From: Trypanosoma brucei
Lineage: Eukaryota
Length of the DNA stretch: 64,000 nt
Reading direction: 5' to 3'
Assembly (NCBI GenBank): GCA_000002445.1
Contig: CM000208.1
Location: 1,440,001 to 1,504,000, forward strand
In this document: one piece after another, positions 22,001 to 29,130 of the stretch
How the letters are laid out: each line of letters starts with the position of its first letter
How positions within the stretch are numbered: position 1 is the first letter of the stretch
Program-made: the position numbers and the translations under genes
Notes under the pieces: model-generated
The model's database searches: none
What the model was told of the DNA's origin: nothing
The model's input: only the letters and a program-made list of their open reading frames with translations

Positions 22001-24278
22001 TGGATTCGAGTAATGCACCACCGAAGGCTTTTATCGCGTCGCACCACCATCTCCACTCATGCCAAGGTTGGGCAACAACCCGAGTGAATGCCACCGCGAC
22101 ACTCATTCTCGACCGTGTTTCATTGATCGTAACTGTCAACCACGACTTACGCATGGCATTACTGCATCTGCCACAATTCTCAGTCCTCCTGCCTGTACCA
22201 CATGAATACGTGTCGTCATACTCAAATAATGGAGTGGAAATGGGGCCACATATACTTACAGTTGCCTTATCAACCGTCAGTAACAGTCCATTTCGGCTTT
22301 CGCATGGTGAAGGGGTATTCGTGTAGGAGCAACATAAAGACGTCAGGCGCCCAAAGAGGTGTTGCTGAAGATGGTCTACGTACAATTGAAGCGGTTTCGG
22401 CGCGCTGACACCGCTGCTCCATACCTGCGGATAAAAAGCTGCCTCAATCGATGGAAAGCTGAGAGACAGAACGCTGATAAGTCCACCGGAATCCCTGCTT
22501 TCCCAAGACGGTGACCCCGCTAACCCCTCGGTGCGTCGCATCTGTAGAGATGACAAAAACCGTCGACCAATTACCCATTCCTCTTCAAAGTCGTCATCAA
22601 AGCATTTAACTGCTGAGGAAGTATCGTCCGCACTCTTCACCAAATAGGTACCCCTGTTAGTATTGGGGGAAGCAAACCACCATTGCGTTAACCAGGAACT
22701 GTTGCTTACAGTATTACCACTGCTATCCCCACCTCCTGTGAAGGCAGATGTATCGGTCATCGCTGCAGCAGAAACCGCTTCCGAATCAGCCCCACCAACA
22801 TATGGCTGGTTTCGCCTCATGGCATCTTCAATATAGCGTTTCTGCTGGGACATAGACCGCTTCTCTCTCCGCAGTTCAGCGTATGTCAGGCACCGAAAAA
22901 ATATAATCTGTTGGGTGTGTAACAGCTCCTCCACCGCGTTCATTCGGCTCTCCTCCTCCATTGTAAGGTGAGGCAGCCAGGCAACGCCTTGCGCTCGCTT
23001 CCATAGTGAACAGTATTCCCTCCGTAATGCACACAATTGCGTAATTTTTTTAATGAAGCGACTCCGTCCCCCTGCAGCAAGCGGTGCGGGGCAGATATCA
23101 TCAAGAATACAACGGATCGCAAACCACCACCGACGACGGGCCAACGTCACGCCCTTAACGTTTTCTTTACCATCATCGCAAAGCAAATGAAGATTCTTTC
23201 TGTACTTCAAGGACTGGAATCCGTATCGGCACGAGTCCCTTATTATGGCTAACGTTCTTAAAGCCCCAAAACAACCACGGATGGTAATCATGCTCGATGC
23301 CGTTACGGACACCTCCACTTTCCTCTCCCCTGGTCGATTTGGGGTAGCGGGGCAGTTTCCTCCCTTCATAACGAGAATATTGAAGGCAAGTTCGTCCACC
23401 TTTAAAATCTCCATATTTTCCGACCATCCCCATGATGTGTCGTTTTCTTCGTGTTGGAAGCCCTCGCTGTCAGTGGGCCCACAGTGCTTAAACGCGTGGA
23501 GGGAAAGCCGAACACCACTCATGACAACTTTTTTGCAGCAAGGCTCTGCCGGATCAATAACAAAACATTCACTCCAAGAGGTGTTGGTGGTATTGATTCG
23601 TACCTTCTCCATAACCACACTGAGGGCACTGGTGAAGCGGTGTGCAAGCCCCTCGTAGTCGAAAACGTACTTGATGCGTACATTGTGCAATGCAATGCAA
23701 ATATTTTGCTTAATAGTTTCGGTTAGTTGTTCCATGTATCCCTCAAACCCAACGAACCCACCAGAAGTAAGAAATTTCAGAGGTCCCTCCGGTATTCTTT
23801 CAGAGGGAGGGCAACTCTTCCCCGTCCTCATCTTCTCAAATGCCTTCAGTTGGCCTACTTTCACTTTCCGTGCTCGAGCCTTTTCCTCCTCCGCGTCATA
23901 AGGTGCACTGCGTAAAGGTGTGACAACAATTTCCACCGCACGCGCTTCCACCATAACTGGTTCCGCCTCCAGAGAAGTCCATGGAATTGTAATAATTAAC
24001 TCGCTCACTGTGCCTTTTAATATTCGAAAGGGTACAGGAAACGCTCCGCTACCACCATCTGTGCCCTGATTATTCATGCCGTCAAGACTTTCTTCCCCAT
24101 TGGGGAGGAGGAAATGGGTGAGTTGGTCCAGGATATTAGCACGTAGCTGAATATGCCGAAGGACCACTTCACCCGACCAGAGTGATATTTGCAGTTGCTC
24201 TTCATTCAGATCACAAACAAAGTTGTTCAAATACGTAGCAAGCAAGACGGAGAGCCGTTTCTCCAACATGCTATACAC
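10038..24278 (-). CDS. VPS13: VPS13/chorein-family bulk lipid-transfer protein (giant, 4746 aa)
   Basis: The N-terminus (MYSMLEKRLSVLLATYLNNFVCDLNEEQLQISLWSGEVVLRHIQLRANIL) matches the chorein-N motif (M-x-E-x-x-V-x-x-L-L-N-R-x-L-G-x-Y-V-x-x-L-x-x-x-Q-L-x-I-x-x-W-x-G). The C-terminal region (LGNPIALLSGWKRGVRS...GLRDGIAGVFSRPLNGVRTSGLTGFVTGVATGAVGLITRPVAGILGGVGNTAEFY) matches the conserved VPS13 SHR-BD/DH-like glycine-rich segment. The ORF is a single uninterrupted 14.2 kb. Confidence 0.85.
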   Translation of the reverse strand: MYSMLEKRLSVLLATYLNNFVCDLNEEQLQISLWSGEVVLRHIQLRANILDQLTHFLLPNGEESLDGMNNQGTDGGSGAFPVPFRILKGTVSELIITIPWTSLEAEPVMVEARAVEIVVTPLRSAPYDAEEEKARARKVKVGQLKAFEKMRTGKSCPPSERIPEGPLKFLTSGGFVGFEGYMEQLTETIKQNICIALHNVRIKYVFDYEGLAHRFTSALSVVMEKVRINTTNTSWSECFVIDPAEPCCKKVVMSGVRLSLHAFKHCGPTDSEGFQHEENDTSWGWSENMEILKVDELAFNILVMKGGNCPATPNRPGERKVEVSVTASSMITIRGCFGALRTLAIIRDSCRYGFQSLKYRKNLHLLCDDGKENVKGVTLARRRWWFAIRCILDDICPAPLAAGGRSRFIKKITQLCALRREYCSLWKRAQGVAWLPHLTMEEESRMNAVEELLHTQQIIFFRCLTYAELRREKRSMSQQKRYIEDAMRRNQPYVGGADSEAVSAAAMTDTSAFTGGGDSSGNTVSNSSWLTQWWFASPNTNRGTYLVKSADDTSSAVKCFDDDFEEEWVIGRRFLSSLQMRRTEGLAGSPSWESRDSGGLISVLSLSFPSIEAAFYPQVWSSGVSAPKPLQLYVDHLQQHLFGRLTSLCCSYTNTPSPCESRNGLLLTVDKATVSICGPISTPLFEYDDTYSCGTGRRTENCGRCSNAMRKSWLTVTINETRSRMSVAVAFTRVVAQPWHEWRWWCDAIKAFGGALLESTNRSCNPSKCQTAKTFSAIDICVDGVIVSVPLASAWSCQRNLTLCVNNIYLSKLGREPQVSWKLVSGVETPISIRCTGTSSVLTLWDVVVVVTFEKGVPLFGTLRAELTVEPLFFAIISDHLSNLSLLDRDTLQALLQHITENGSEWRLESDTVLSVGNSTFTFPASQCRNYLAVLYKYACDSAKWAAQALKSTNEQVPHGEVSVGAVPTQRDMLFMEGVELVIYSGRVIVQDIAGKDVGYIDLPHCMDGGEHHPSVSSLTFEGSRALRVETSISEGGKHMVAAVRSPELHVCSPCGQYMLVLENFTAKYVPYAASLSLTAVAAQVVICSSLVCCVEVLLGAYASLWRQSLSASDLAARFFGGVARAVERDGALPNDTETSTKTSSVKSVFSNQVVDVDIGRLDVRFCSEEADGIILVSVNDLVLQRSVGTEGDTTKVTKVKAYGALAGIEYMAVGGETMGPFVLFSSVKNISTRGSSSCSTFKFCSSGVSEEDTTRTHVSFDIIGGCVHIFYEYWVRLLSIYWTPSVMEMFSVFDSHYSKQGFLLASCEKVAPAKREDRRVGKSFFSARSEISGISVFVATDATQRIDFLKDDTFITLDIERITLIYNDMMKDTAGNILSRQPFRLTAELQQMRHLFTGSGSQSVMVPFISRASAVINSQMRLVPGADKEHYVHVGGGSNDLAILLNIDPSAFESAPDMVDVEHGAGGVSVGNSPTRGAIQCLKLTPRMLASFIRSFLFNFCEVCSTPKCPHSAPPDAGGSAPKMATYVLSTVSPLRCTLIEKGEDDEEAILEINTHMQLYSTNGTAGGEPSTVIRFDALSIDDATPSRRVLLPGVPHWQQQQVIHQTTKGHRRRLIELGKSSISRVTRKQRGPLSEVIVDCVFDNITVFAARHSCLALLRFVVACRTWLAEWGRTKRATHLYREGNNVVPPATTSVLNVLLRRCAVHLEEPSGEPLVVFHIPSLSGTLNVGPLERKFKVALDESASVWSYGEATDAVRVTQDSVQLNTGRYSVPALAQVGAVCLTVIEPFGGTEGACSSDLVSKEETHIHYIRTIELSAQSVCLNVDSTTLIRLLHFGVNESSAYVSIVFPNDKSGNSTCEAGPGAIISELLLSRITVVVRDALFYPKTDYEVKRVQVERLDVSSGFTVKEVTENNSGKDGPMHHFTAVYTAKITGAAVGFSQLPSLSFPNVEAQAEIPIAGALHARRVWDTTATSDNDEGEPMAFTSGTSSATAAPPSMGRLIRIGADQNVSFVISISHIRELHRTLRALASSPFFSGGFSPLSAVGTTPVCYSTKVARDTHSTGAFFSVLIYLPSFSVSLTGDDAVGRSVTDITASEAESKSITTLMVAKVDGVLALASVALPGEGKPFKGGLTFHGSFELSDGDGNVIVHWQPATGYSEVLRPLSATQRWPNSFPSDVGLQLDIMNSVSEQQVRLQIRSFVVALNSHTVDFLSWIHCIIDPMKYNGPRGNCSGEGAGFDGLRNDVTPMKELSPASFECSSYRGKQTIVKVCIKGLSLQLEQVALLNCSEVRGKFGWGTALNSSSSHSIPYEFSVRHVSVVRVKDQLAFFEVAESQVRVAGAEEVSVAARGIILNNYNVTFYICLWARMNDLWGDAGRKLHFPTKGVRTPVRSIDVTIEKVNVRLFPLANDSALCSNNGSVDLLFPAVEVKNTADRAKDCLMVKIERASLCYKSPSALFSPLAENVSFVFSLEKNLLELSRHVSMRFGNIELSAPLGDVLESCSMSVLQATLPLMGILPFMHNNEPTWTHTGESATTKTFSSDTVLFYISFLSVKLYAPQSGGEFVGWRHHVLFGVELHQLSFERERTVQRERVVARVLSITSAADSAIQSEFITAIAPENAEDSSMKRAIYIRRDVCIDYSETCREASVSPNLDSECMRPCGKLGTKVVSYVARLHALRLVVSPKLCNAISDHVLRPISVAAHRTLQTAVHWFSSCQIADRSAFQCFCGIDGSPSVALGGCGRLITISGDVCLCKDLLLGGKSGFRLRFVKGSAQGNPINTIFVRCIGSAKVILAPTSTRHHLLESLILVDSRLTVVFQDVPFIVNHGKVADYVVLGEGSFCVVPDGIPSSSHSTAHTSIFPPSLLPLNELGWCNVKVSFDVLCGVTLLLCSNNETVTVFGRTSARYEVEKKCYEGASSIVEYVGESGSVKLSPVSVRYGNSLTAVDEPSELIIDIQYHRGDRARGGISTTQVNMIVPPVCSTVPLRYLLLMGNIANLLRKAFREICSIRQLVKSCDPRCAPYSSEALGLECTGLSRTLGQDVIAHQPVFQTSFSPAGIGGLESWFEFGLVAPHVEFVITDDFTREKFVLALTGTCIRGRATRNLSRGSCKGYAALHVTSCQPNQPPCNVVSLSPEFTVEYTQHAGDGYSLQGLLMLQSVSITLPLITLARLTRPSPSRWWVGVPGFCNNTGVPLTLVTVLGPHNSQNKGNVFSEFHALPNGKLMQLSDPQRTFTSFRIVCGFVDGSDRCCSALQDAKVDVDILTLRRVTTHRIPFTDGFAGLLDIVLRYDEVNDVVNITTPVTVRNELTDHLVSVPDASCSPLVVPPKETRYMTFTCLRQPLSLLVGEEWRFDQQDEFITLELLISAFVLLSSGEHEELPLRGGLGTSTANSQEVGQKVRCRDTAFQCSGADYARRGHMRGNDVLVLPLWLTGARGPEGDQAGCEYETFGVLFSLRRKAFPVEDPTKSRLMQRCDVELCIRPMITVLNNTGGTLAVVISTRGNEFTPLDEPRFVQCGEEYNNFTRPSSGEGYSVSLSCQLPNGVRLTSSKPTPLNFSERATVGMKVCTVDGDETPVVGLVMERVEPDKFVVRVPAVLVNMLPFPIRVADKFGTPLLGEGEGKYLAPKREFPILMPLMEGKEIAQSPEAPVLIRVMIGSSTPDTSGLFACNDPMSSECIRVADGEKVHLFRARRCKEVTNNMQVAPRVCLEPMWILRNQNRALSLAVRCLGLDTIVVIPPQSSVEWTTFAAASATDPLVQVCYVHKEVGDLFVWSNKVRLLTLSTLNVPIVMKHYVSTGSTDGRDPAFRNLLNSMGVITLRSLRVPPLYGDDPIPENFACLSIVPNKRRSRFLVDFDLDGGTHIVVENRTNRLLIYEEMPHSLSGVSKAERSYIVQPFTDSVTCFESDDANAAIRLTLHGDYGYSQTCTINLDEVATACEGVKVAPDMFVLCTLDCGQQKYHISVTGDRSLESALVFRPQRILHLEVLVHTVSLYVASKCVPKTVHSLLDTPLAPFVTQNKFHFVPTTNSSFTDAQALSYIQCRELDLILMEATGIYCTASLNQRHCFGRMDVGRVAVVDCTTPEPVHPVVVLINTVDAVGAVSGNILKKPCLSLQLHVLVPERRAAIDMTSNKKKVKTIRIRSVSVKVAPVTVKVSDTFLFLLQQAACCLESEQCQMKSTEESYVTGSNVCKPSTKDELSTTELRERGAVNNYHIATLEVSPVELEFTITRRKDGLYDPFAGLFSISRFIPSVERAPLSINGISMEDINQRSNSVGCALLEALWPLYRNQLALQFPRIVGSMEVLGNPIALLSGWKRGVRSLLLGTAEMNMLKGLRDFLCTTTSSTLHSVGLISHAGSRTAANFSWDNEWLEQVSEGHHRVGDPAKKGGVLWGMGQGLRDGIAGVFSRPLNGVRTSGLTGFVTGVATGAVGLITRPVAGILGGVGNTAEFYAKVLQEPDATPNIHPHYLESGRNFKKTAVRENTAGGTLPDVDSATFSNDALPYIVGGEKSEVTCGFLEAASCESDANVRCNAVERVVGSSDMHREVCNDSVTCVDDFVSYGAYESVRRRVQQNCSASDNAERLFIESVGAHNYALRASWSSFVTQTTTEEFYRWLHVALASLIKDEIHLLVRAAPSKGYASMEQAHLRSNSSVSSEQTDQTYILRRQQARDIRKAIGTKDLLKYVSAEQFAGVCTLEEIKQNLTPEAIKKKLPPILPALVRESVRTLLIGDYHGRHASIK

Positions 24279-24589
24279 GGAAATTTACCCTCAAACTTTC
24301 TCAGGTTTACTCGCAGATTTAAAGCCAACGCCGTTTTTCAGACGTCTGCCACCTCCCATAACCAATTGCTGGCAACACCTTACTTCGCTTAACTAAGGCT
24401 AGTGGAGAATTTCACACGGTTTCACAGCGATGTGTCACCGTCCTTTTTTTTTCCCCCACCCTAATTTTCCTTAATGTGAGCCAGCGGATAAGACCGCTTG
24501 GAAACGAGGAGGGACTTGCTTCTTGTTTAAAAAAAAATAAAAATAAATTACAAATACCCTAAACCCACAGCTGAATCAGGGATAGGAAA

Positions 24590-24680
24590 GGTGATAAAAA
24601 AAAAATCAAACCCGAACAGCGAAGAATGACATGGAAAAGCAGAGGCGCAAAAGAAATGTAGGCAGGAAGAAACCGGTATG
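24590..24680 (-). promoter_or_regulatory. Putative polypyrimidine tract / SL-acceptor region for the VPS13 mRNA
   Basis: Purine-rich on the + strand, so pyrimidine-rich in mRNA sense (ttcttcctgcctacatttcttttgcgcctctgcttttcc...tttttttttt). AG dinucleotides follow. It lies about 320-400 nt upstream of the ATG at 24278. Confidence 0.3.
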
Positions 24681-25109
24681 AGAGCGATCTTACATTTTGT
24701 TTTGACAAGGTATCACATGAATTTGGAGAGAAAACGCGCATCTACTTAAAAAGAGTGGTGAAAGGTGAACATGCAATTCCACACATCTCTCGTCACAAAA
24801 ACCCTAACACACGCAAAACATGGGGGAAGGCTACATCTTTGATGCCGCATGGAAAGTGGCGCCTCCCCCGGAAAAAAAAAAAACCTGCAGAAGCCAAGGT
24901 GTTCCGAAGTGAGAAAAGAGGGAAAAAAACAAAGAGAGTAACAGTTTACTTTCTGCGTTCACCGCACTTCCTGGTCCTTCATCATACATTTTCGTTACCC
25001 ATCTATTGTATTCCCAGGTTATAACAACCCCCCAAATAACAACAACTTTGCAGGCGTCATCATTCCTCTACTTCTTCCCTCCCCTCCTTAGCAGCCATTT
25101 CATGCGGTC

Positions 25110-25538
25110 TCAATTTTCCTTGGCAACACTTGCCGTGTGAAGCTGCATTGCCAACACTTCTTTGAACTTCTCAAGTGTCACGCGTCCCTCAGCATCAGCC
25201 GCCTTTTCAATAGCCTCCTCTTGTGCAGGTGGAATTCCTAATCCCTCTTCTCCCTCCGCTGTTGCTAAGTTTCTACATGTATTGCGCAACTGTGTTACAG
25301 TTACCCACCGCTGCTTAGTGACATCAATAAGATCAAACATCGTCTCGAAATCCTGTTCCGTAAAGAGAGGTGTCAGTGGGTTGCCTTTGAGTAAACTTCT
25401 GATTTCCTGCTGAAGAAACAAACGGGGATCTGCTGGTTTGTTGTAAATGAGTAACTGAAGGAAATGTGCGAACAGCTCATTGAGCCTGTGTTTCTTTACA
25501 TAGCCGCGTGTTTGCAGTTCCTGCTCATTCAACTCCAT
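25110..25538 (-). CDS. Small RIIa/DPY-30-like dimerisation-docking domain protein (possible flagellar/axonemal scaffold)
   Basis: 142-aa ORF. The N-terminal segment YVKKHRLNELFAHFLQLLIYNKPADPRLFLQQEIRSLL resembles the RIIa/DPY-30 four-helix docking motif (x-L-x-x-Y-L-x-x-x-V-x-P-x-L-x-x-G-L-x-x-L-x-x-x-R-P-x-D-P-x-x-F-L-x-x-Y). The acidic C-terminal half does not clearly resemble any domain I can name. Confidence 0.4.
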   Translation of the reverse strand: MELNEQELQTRGYVKKHRLNELFAHFLQLLIYNKPADPRLFLQQEIRSLLKGNPLTPLFTEQDFETMFDLIDVTKQRWVTVTQLRNTCRNLATAEGEEGLGIPPAQEEAIEKAADAEGRVTLEKFKEVLAMQLHTASVAKEN

Positions 25539-27648
25539 GACACTAGTTGAATAATTGAATAAATAAATAAATATACCGCTGTCACTTCTTTCTTATTCCA
25601 CAGTGTCCTCTATCGTCAACTCACTCCGTTTCGCTTCAACAGGCTATCGGGGTGAGGCTGCCGTTTTTTCCCCCTCTCTTTTGTATTAATGAATTACTTT
25701 TTCAATACGAAAACAAATACCGTACCTCGTCGGAGTTTATGCACTGATCCCCCTATTTTTGCAGATTAGTTGTAGAAGAAGTATTAAAATTAGGGCAAAA
25801 CAGGAGGGAGGAAAAAAAAACAGAAGAGAAAACCAAAAAGATAAGCGTGGCAGGCAATGGCGATAACATGATGAAACAAATAATACATTAAGGTATAAAA
25901 TGAGGATTTGCCGTAAACCGCAGCGGCGGTGGGATAACTGTCACCAACATCCCCTTCGCAAAAAAAAAAAAACAGAACCATCGACGAAGACGAAGATGAA
26001 AACAAAAACACAACAATCGTCCAAAGAGCGGCCGAATGGAAAAAGTGTTTGCGTTTGTCGAAAGGAGGGGGGGGGGGGTAAAATGGTAAAAAGGTAAAGA
26101 AGGTGGCGCCAACAGCACATATGCATTCCCACTAAATGACACAAATCCATGCACAGCAGGATATATATATATACTTTTTTAAAAAATTATATGTGTGTAG
26201 CGCCCAACGTCAGAGTTGGGTACACAACCAAGACGATACACGAAGGGAGGGGAGGGAAAAGGAAAATTAAAAAAAGAAAGAAAGAACAATCATCTAAACC
26301 TAGTAGAATAACTCTCAATAGTAACCGCTTGCGTTTCACGAATGTATAGATAGATATGAGATAACAGTGCACAAAACGATCACAATTCCCCTTTCATTGT
26401 CATTATTACTCCCGCCTCAGCGCCTGACTGGCACATTTCTCCACACCCATCAAAAGGAGCACCACAGGTTAGTTCGACGAAGCATCACAACAAACTGTAA
26501 CATCATGAGAGAGGTGCAGATTGCCGAAATGCTCCGGACCGTTTCAAAGCCAAAAATCCCATTTATTCGTTTCCTCACACGTAAATGCTACATGAACCAC
26601 CAACGCTCCCAATGTAGCACAAATCTTTTCCCACTTAATTAATAAAGGAAGAAATGACTTGCCTACTGTCCAACCCGTCTCCATATACGCACACCCACTT
26701 CCCGCGGGCGGCGCGGCAAGCAACGGATTCAAACGAGGAACGAAACGACACAAAAAATAAGAGGAACGCAGTTTTTTTCTTTTTTAATATGCTGTTTTCA
26801 GTCTTTTTTCCTTCAATCACTTTCGGTAACCCCAATCTAATATATTTTTTTCATTCCCTTTCGTTTCTCCCTCATATCACCGTATTCATTCGGGACAACC
26901 AGTACCTTCCCGATGGAATGAAACAAATAAATAGATATATGCAACACCGAACATACAATTAAAAAAAAACAAGTGGCGTGTGAATGGGATCTCTATTTCA
27001 TCTCCCATCCCTTTTTTGTTTTCTTTCTTCTGTTTCTTCTAAAGGTTTCACTTTGATCACTGCACCATCATCGATTCTTATTTACCTTCCTGGGTTTATT
27101 TCTCCTCTGACTTGCTTTCCCCCGTGCATTCCCAACCATTTATTACTTTAAAGGGAATACAACGTTAAAGAATTCGTCACGAGGCGCGGTTGCCTAACCA
27201 AAAACACACACGAAAAGAAAAAAAAACAGACGCGCACTTGATCCTCATTCTTAAATATAAACAAATGTAAATATCTGTACATATCTGTAGGTATTCGCGC
27301 ATTTGTACTCGTACGTGAACTCGTCAAGTTCTCACCAGCCGTACAAAAACAACGGAACTACCCACCATACCAACAGAAAGGAGCACACACTCCGCGGCGG
27401 CTACGAAGAAAGGAGAGTAAATAATCAAACAAAAAAAAAGTAGCCCCTTCAAAGACACCACACACTACCATCGCTCAGCACGAGAAAATGTAAATAAACG
27501 CAAACATAACTACTTTGCACACGCCTATGATATTCTCCACCATACACATGACTTTGACCATAATTTCTCTATTTGCACACAAGCGCACACATAAAAACCT
27601 ACACACAGAAATATGTTTATGTACATGCATGTCACCACTCGCGGTAAA

Positions 27649-29130
27649 TCAACGACGATGACGAAGCATGCGATGTTCCCTCTCCAATGCCATAATCGCT
27701 ACGGCCCGCTCAAGCCGCTTTTGATACTTCTCGAGTTCAGCCAGTGGGTCAACAATATCGTCTTTTGTGGTTAATCCCGTCGCTGTTGGCTCCGGAGGGT
27801 CGAGGAGCTTATGCTTCACACGATATGACCTGCTTTCCTTGAAGCGGCGTGGTGTGCTGGGGTAACGGGGTGAATGTGACATCTCTACACCACTACCCCA
27901 CGCTATAAAATCCGTATTGGAGCGGTTGGCATACGGAATATCGTTTGGGAACCTCCTTGATGGCGTGTTGTACGCCCCAACGAAACGTGCGAGGTCCTCA
28001 TGATGGCCACGGTGCGCATGTGCGCCTACACTGGAAACGGGAACAGATGCAGCGCGCGGTGTTGCTAACCGCGATGGAGCACGAGAACTGTTGTAAGAAG
28101 AGGTATGACGAGGGCTGTTGCGCCGCGGCCGCGTGGACCACATAATCCTCTCTCTCCAGCTTTCCACACTGTTACACGTTGCCGCGCCCGTTCCGCCGTC
28201 GTAACCACTACCATGCGGATTAAGTATGCTGGGGCGCGTGCTGTTGTTGGCAGACCGAGGAATCGAGTTGCCCATCGGTGGCGAGCTACGGGGAACCGGG
28301 TGGCCCGAGTACCACTGGTCCGAGTTTTTTTCCTCCGGCAAAGTTCCCTGCGTCTTCGCGTAGGAAAACGCAGTGTGGATGTTTTTACCCACCGATACAG
28401 AACGTCGAGAAGGCGTCAATGTGCGCAAAGTCACCTCCGCCATTTTGTCTTTGTCGAGCCCTGCAGCCGTCGAAGTGTACGCCGCCCTCTGGTTTATGCC
28501 GTCGGCATTCTTTAGAGGCGGTGCATCTGCCAGCCCACTGGTTGAATATCCCAATCCGAGTGCCTCATAAGATGTCATGGAGGTTTGATGTACCCTACGG
28601 GGCGATATCTTATCTGAGCATCGTGAAGAGGTTAGAGATACTGCTGCTACGTGTGTATCCTCAATGCGTGAAGCACCAGGTGGAGTAGCCGCAGGCACGC
28701 GCTCCCCATTTGTCGCAGGTTTCACATTAACAAGCACAAAGGTGCCGTCTGTTGGTGGTAACCCAGTGGAAACTGGGTTCTTAGTCGAAGGCATTGCAGT
28801 GGTGGTTTTGGGACGATGGGATGGTGGAGTCAACGATGCGGACATTTTTGGATCATTATCAGGCGTAGAAGAAAAGTCTCCGCTGAATGCATCACTCTCT
28901 ACATCTCCGTTTGCATTGACACGTGCTGCGTTAGAGATACCATGTGGGGCACGCTGGTACGCGGTACCAGCTTCCTCACTACTGTCCACGCTTGAGGAGC
29001 TCGTGTCTTGAAAAATCATAACCACTACAGGTACGATGTTACGGTTAAATGCGAAACGATATATATATATATGTTCCGTCATCATCAATCGTGGGAGAAA
29101 AAGAAGAAGATGTTGTTGGAATGTTATCAC
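27649..29130 (-). CDS. Hypothetical Ser/Thr/Pro-rich low-complexity protein
   Basis: 493-aa ORF with strong S/T/P/R bias. The first 37 codons run through an (AT)n/AT-rich tract and are unlikely to be coding, so the real start is probably Met38 (about 29019). No recognisable domain. Confidence 0.45.
   Translation of the reverse strand: MITFQQHLLLFLPRLMMTEHIYIYRFAFNRNIVPVVVMIFQDTSSSSVDSSEEAGTAYQRAPHGISNAARVNANGDVESDAFSGDFSSTPDNDPKMSASLTPPSHRPKTTTAMPSTKNPVSTGLPPTDGTFVLVNVKPATNGERVPAATPPGASRIEDTHVAAVSLTSSRCSDKISPRRVHQTSMTSYEALGLGYSTSGLADAPPLKNADGINQRAAYTSTAAGLDKDKMAEVTLRTLTPSRRSVSVGKNIHTAFSYAKTQGTLPEEKNSDQWYSGHPVPRSSPPMGNSIPRSANNSTRPSILNPHGSGYDGGTGAATCNSVESWRERIMWSTRPRRNSPRHTSSYNSSRAPSRLATPRAASVPVSSVGAHAHRGHHEDLARFVGAYNTPSRRFPNDIPYANRSNTDFIAWGSGVEMSHSPRYPSTPRRFKESRSYRVKHKLLDPPEPTATGLTTKDDIVDPLAELEKYQKRLERAVAIMALEREHRMLRHRR

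Noticed and set aside
25790-26372. Several 60-90-aa ORFs on both strands around the G12 tract.
   Set aside because: They are low-complexity (Phe/Lys/Pro runs) and overlap one another in multiple frames. They are consistent with a repeat-rich spacer and not with coding sequence.
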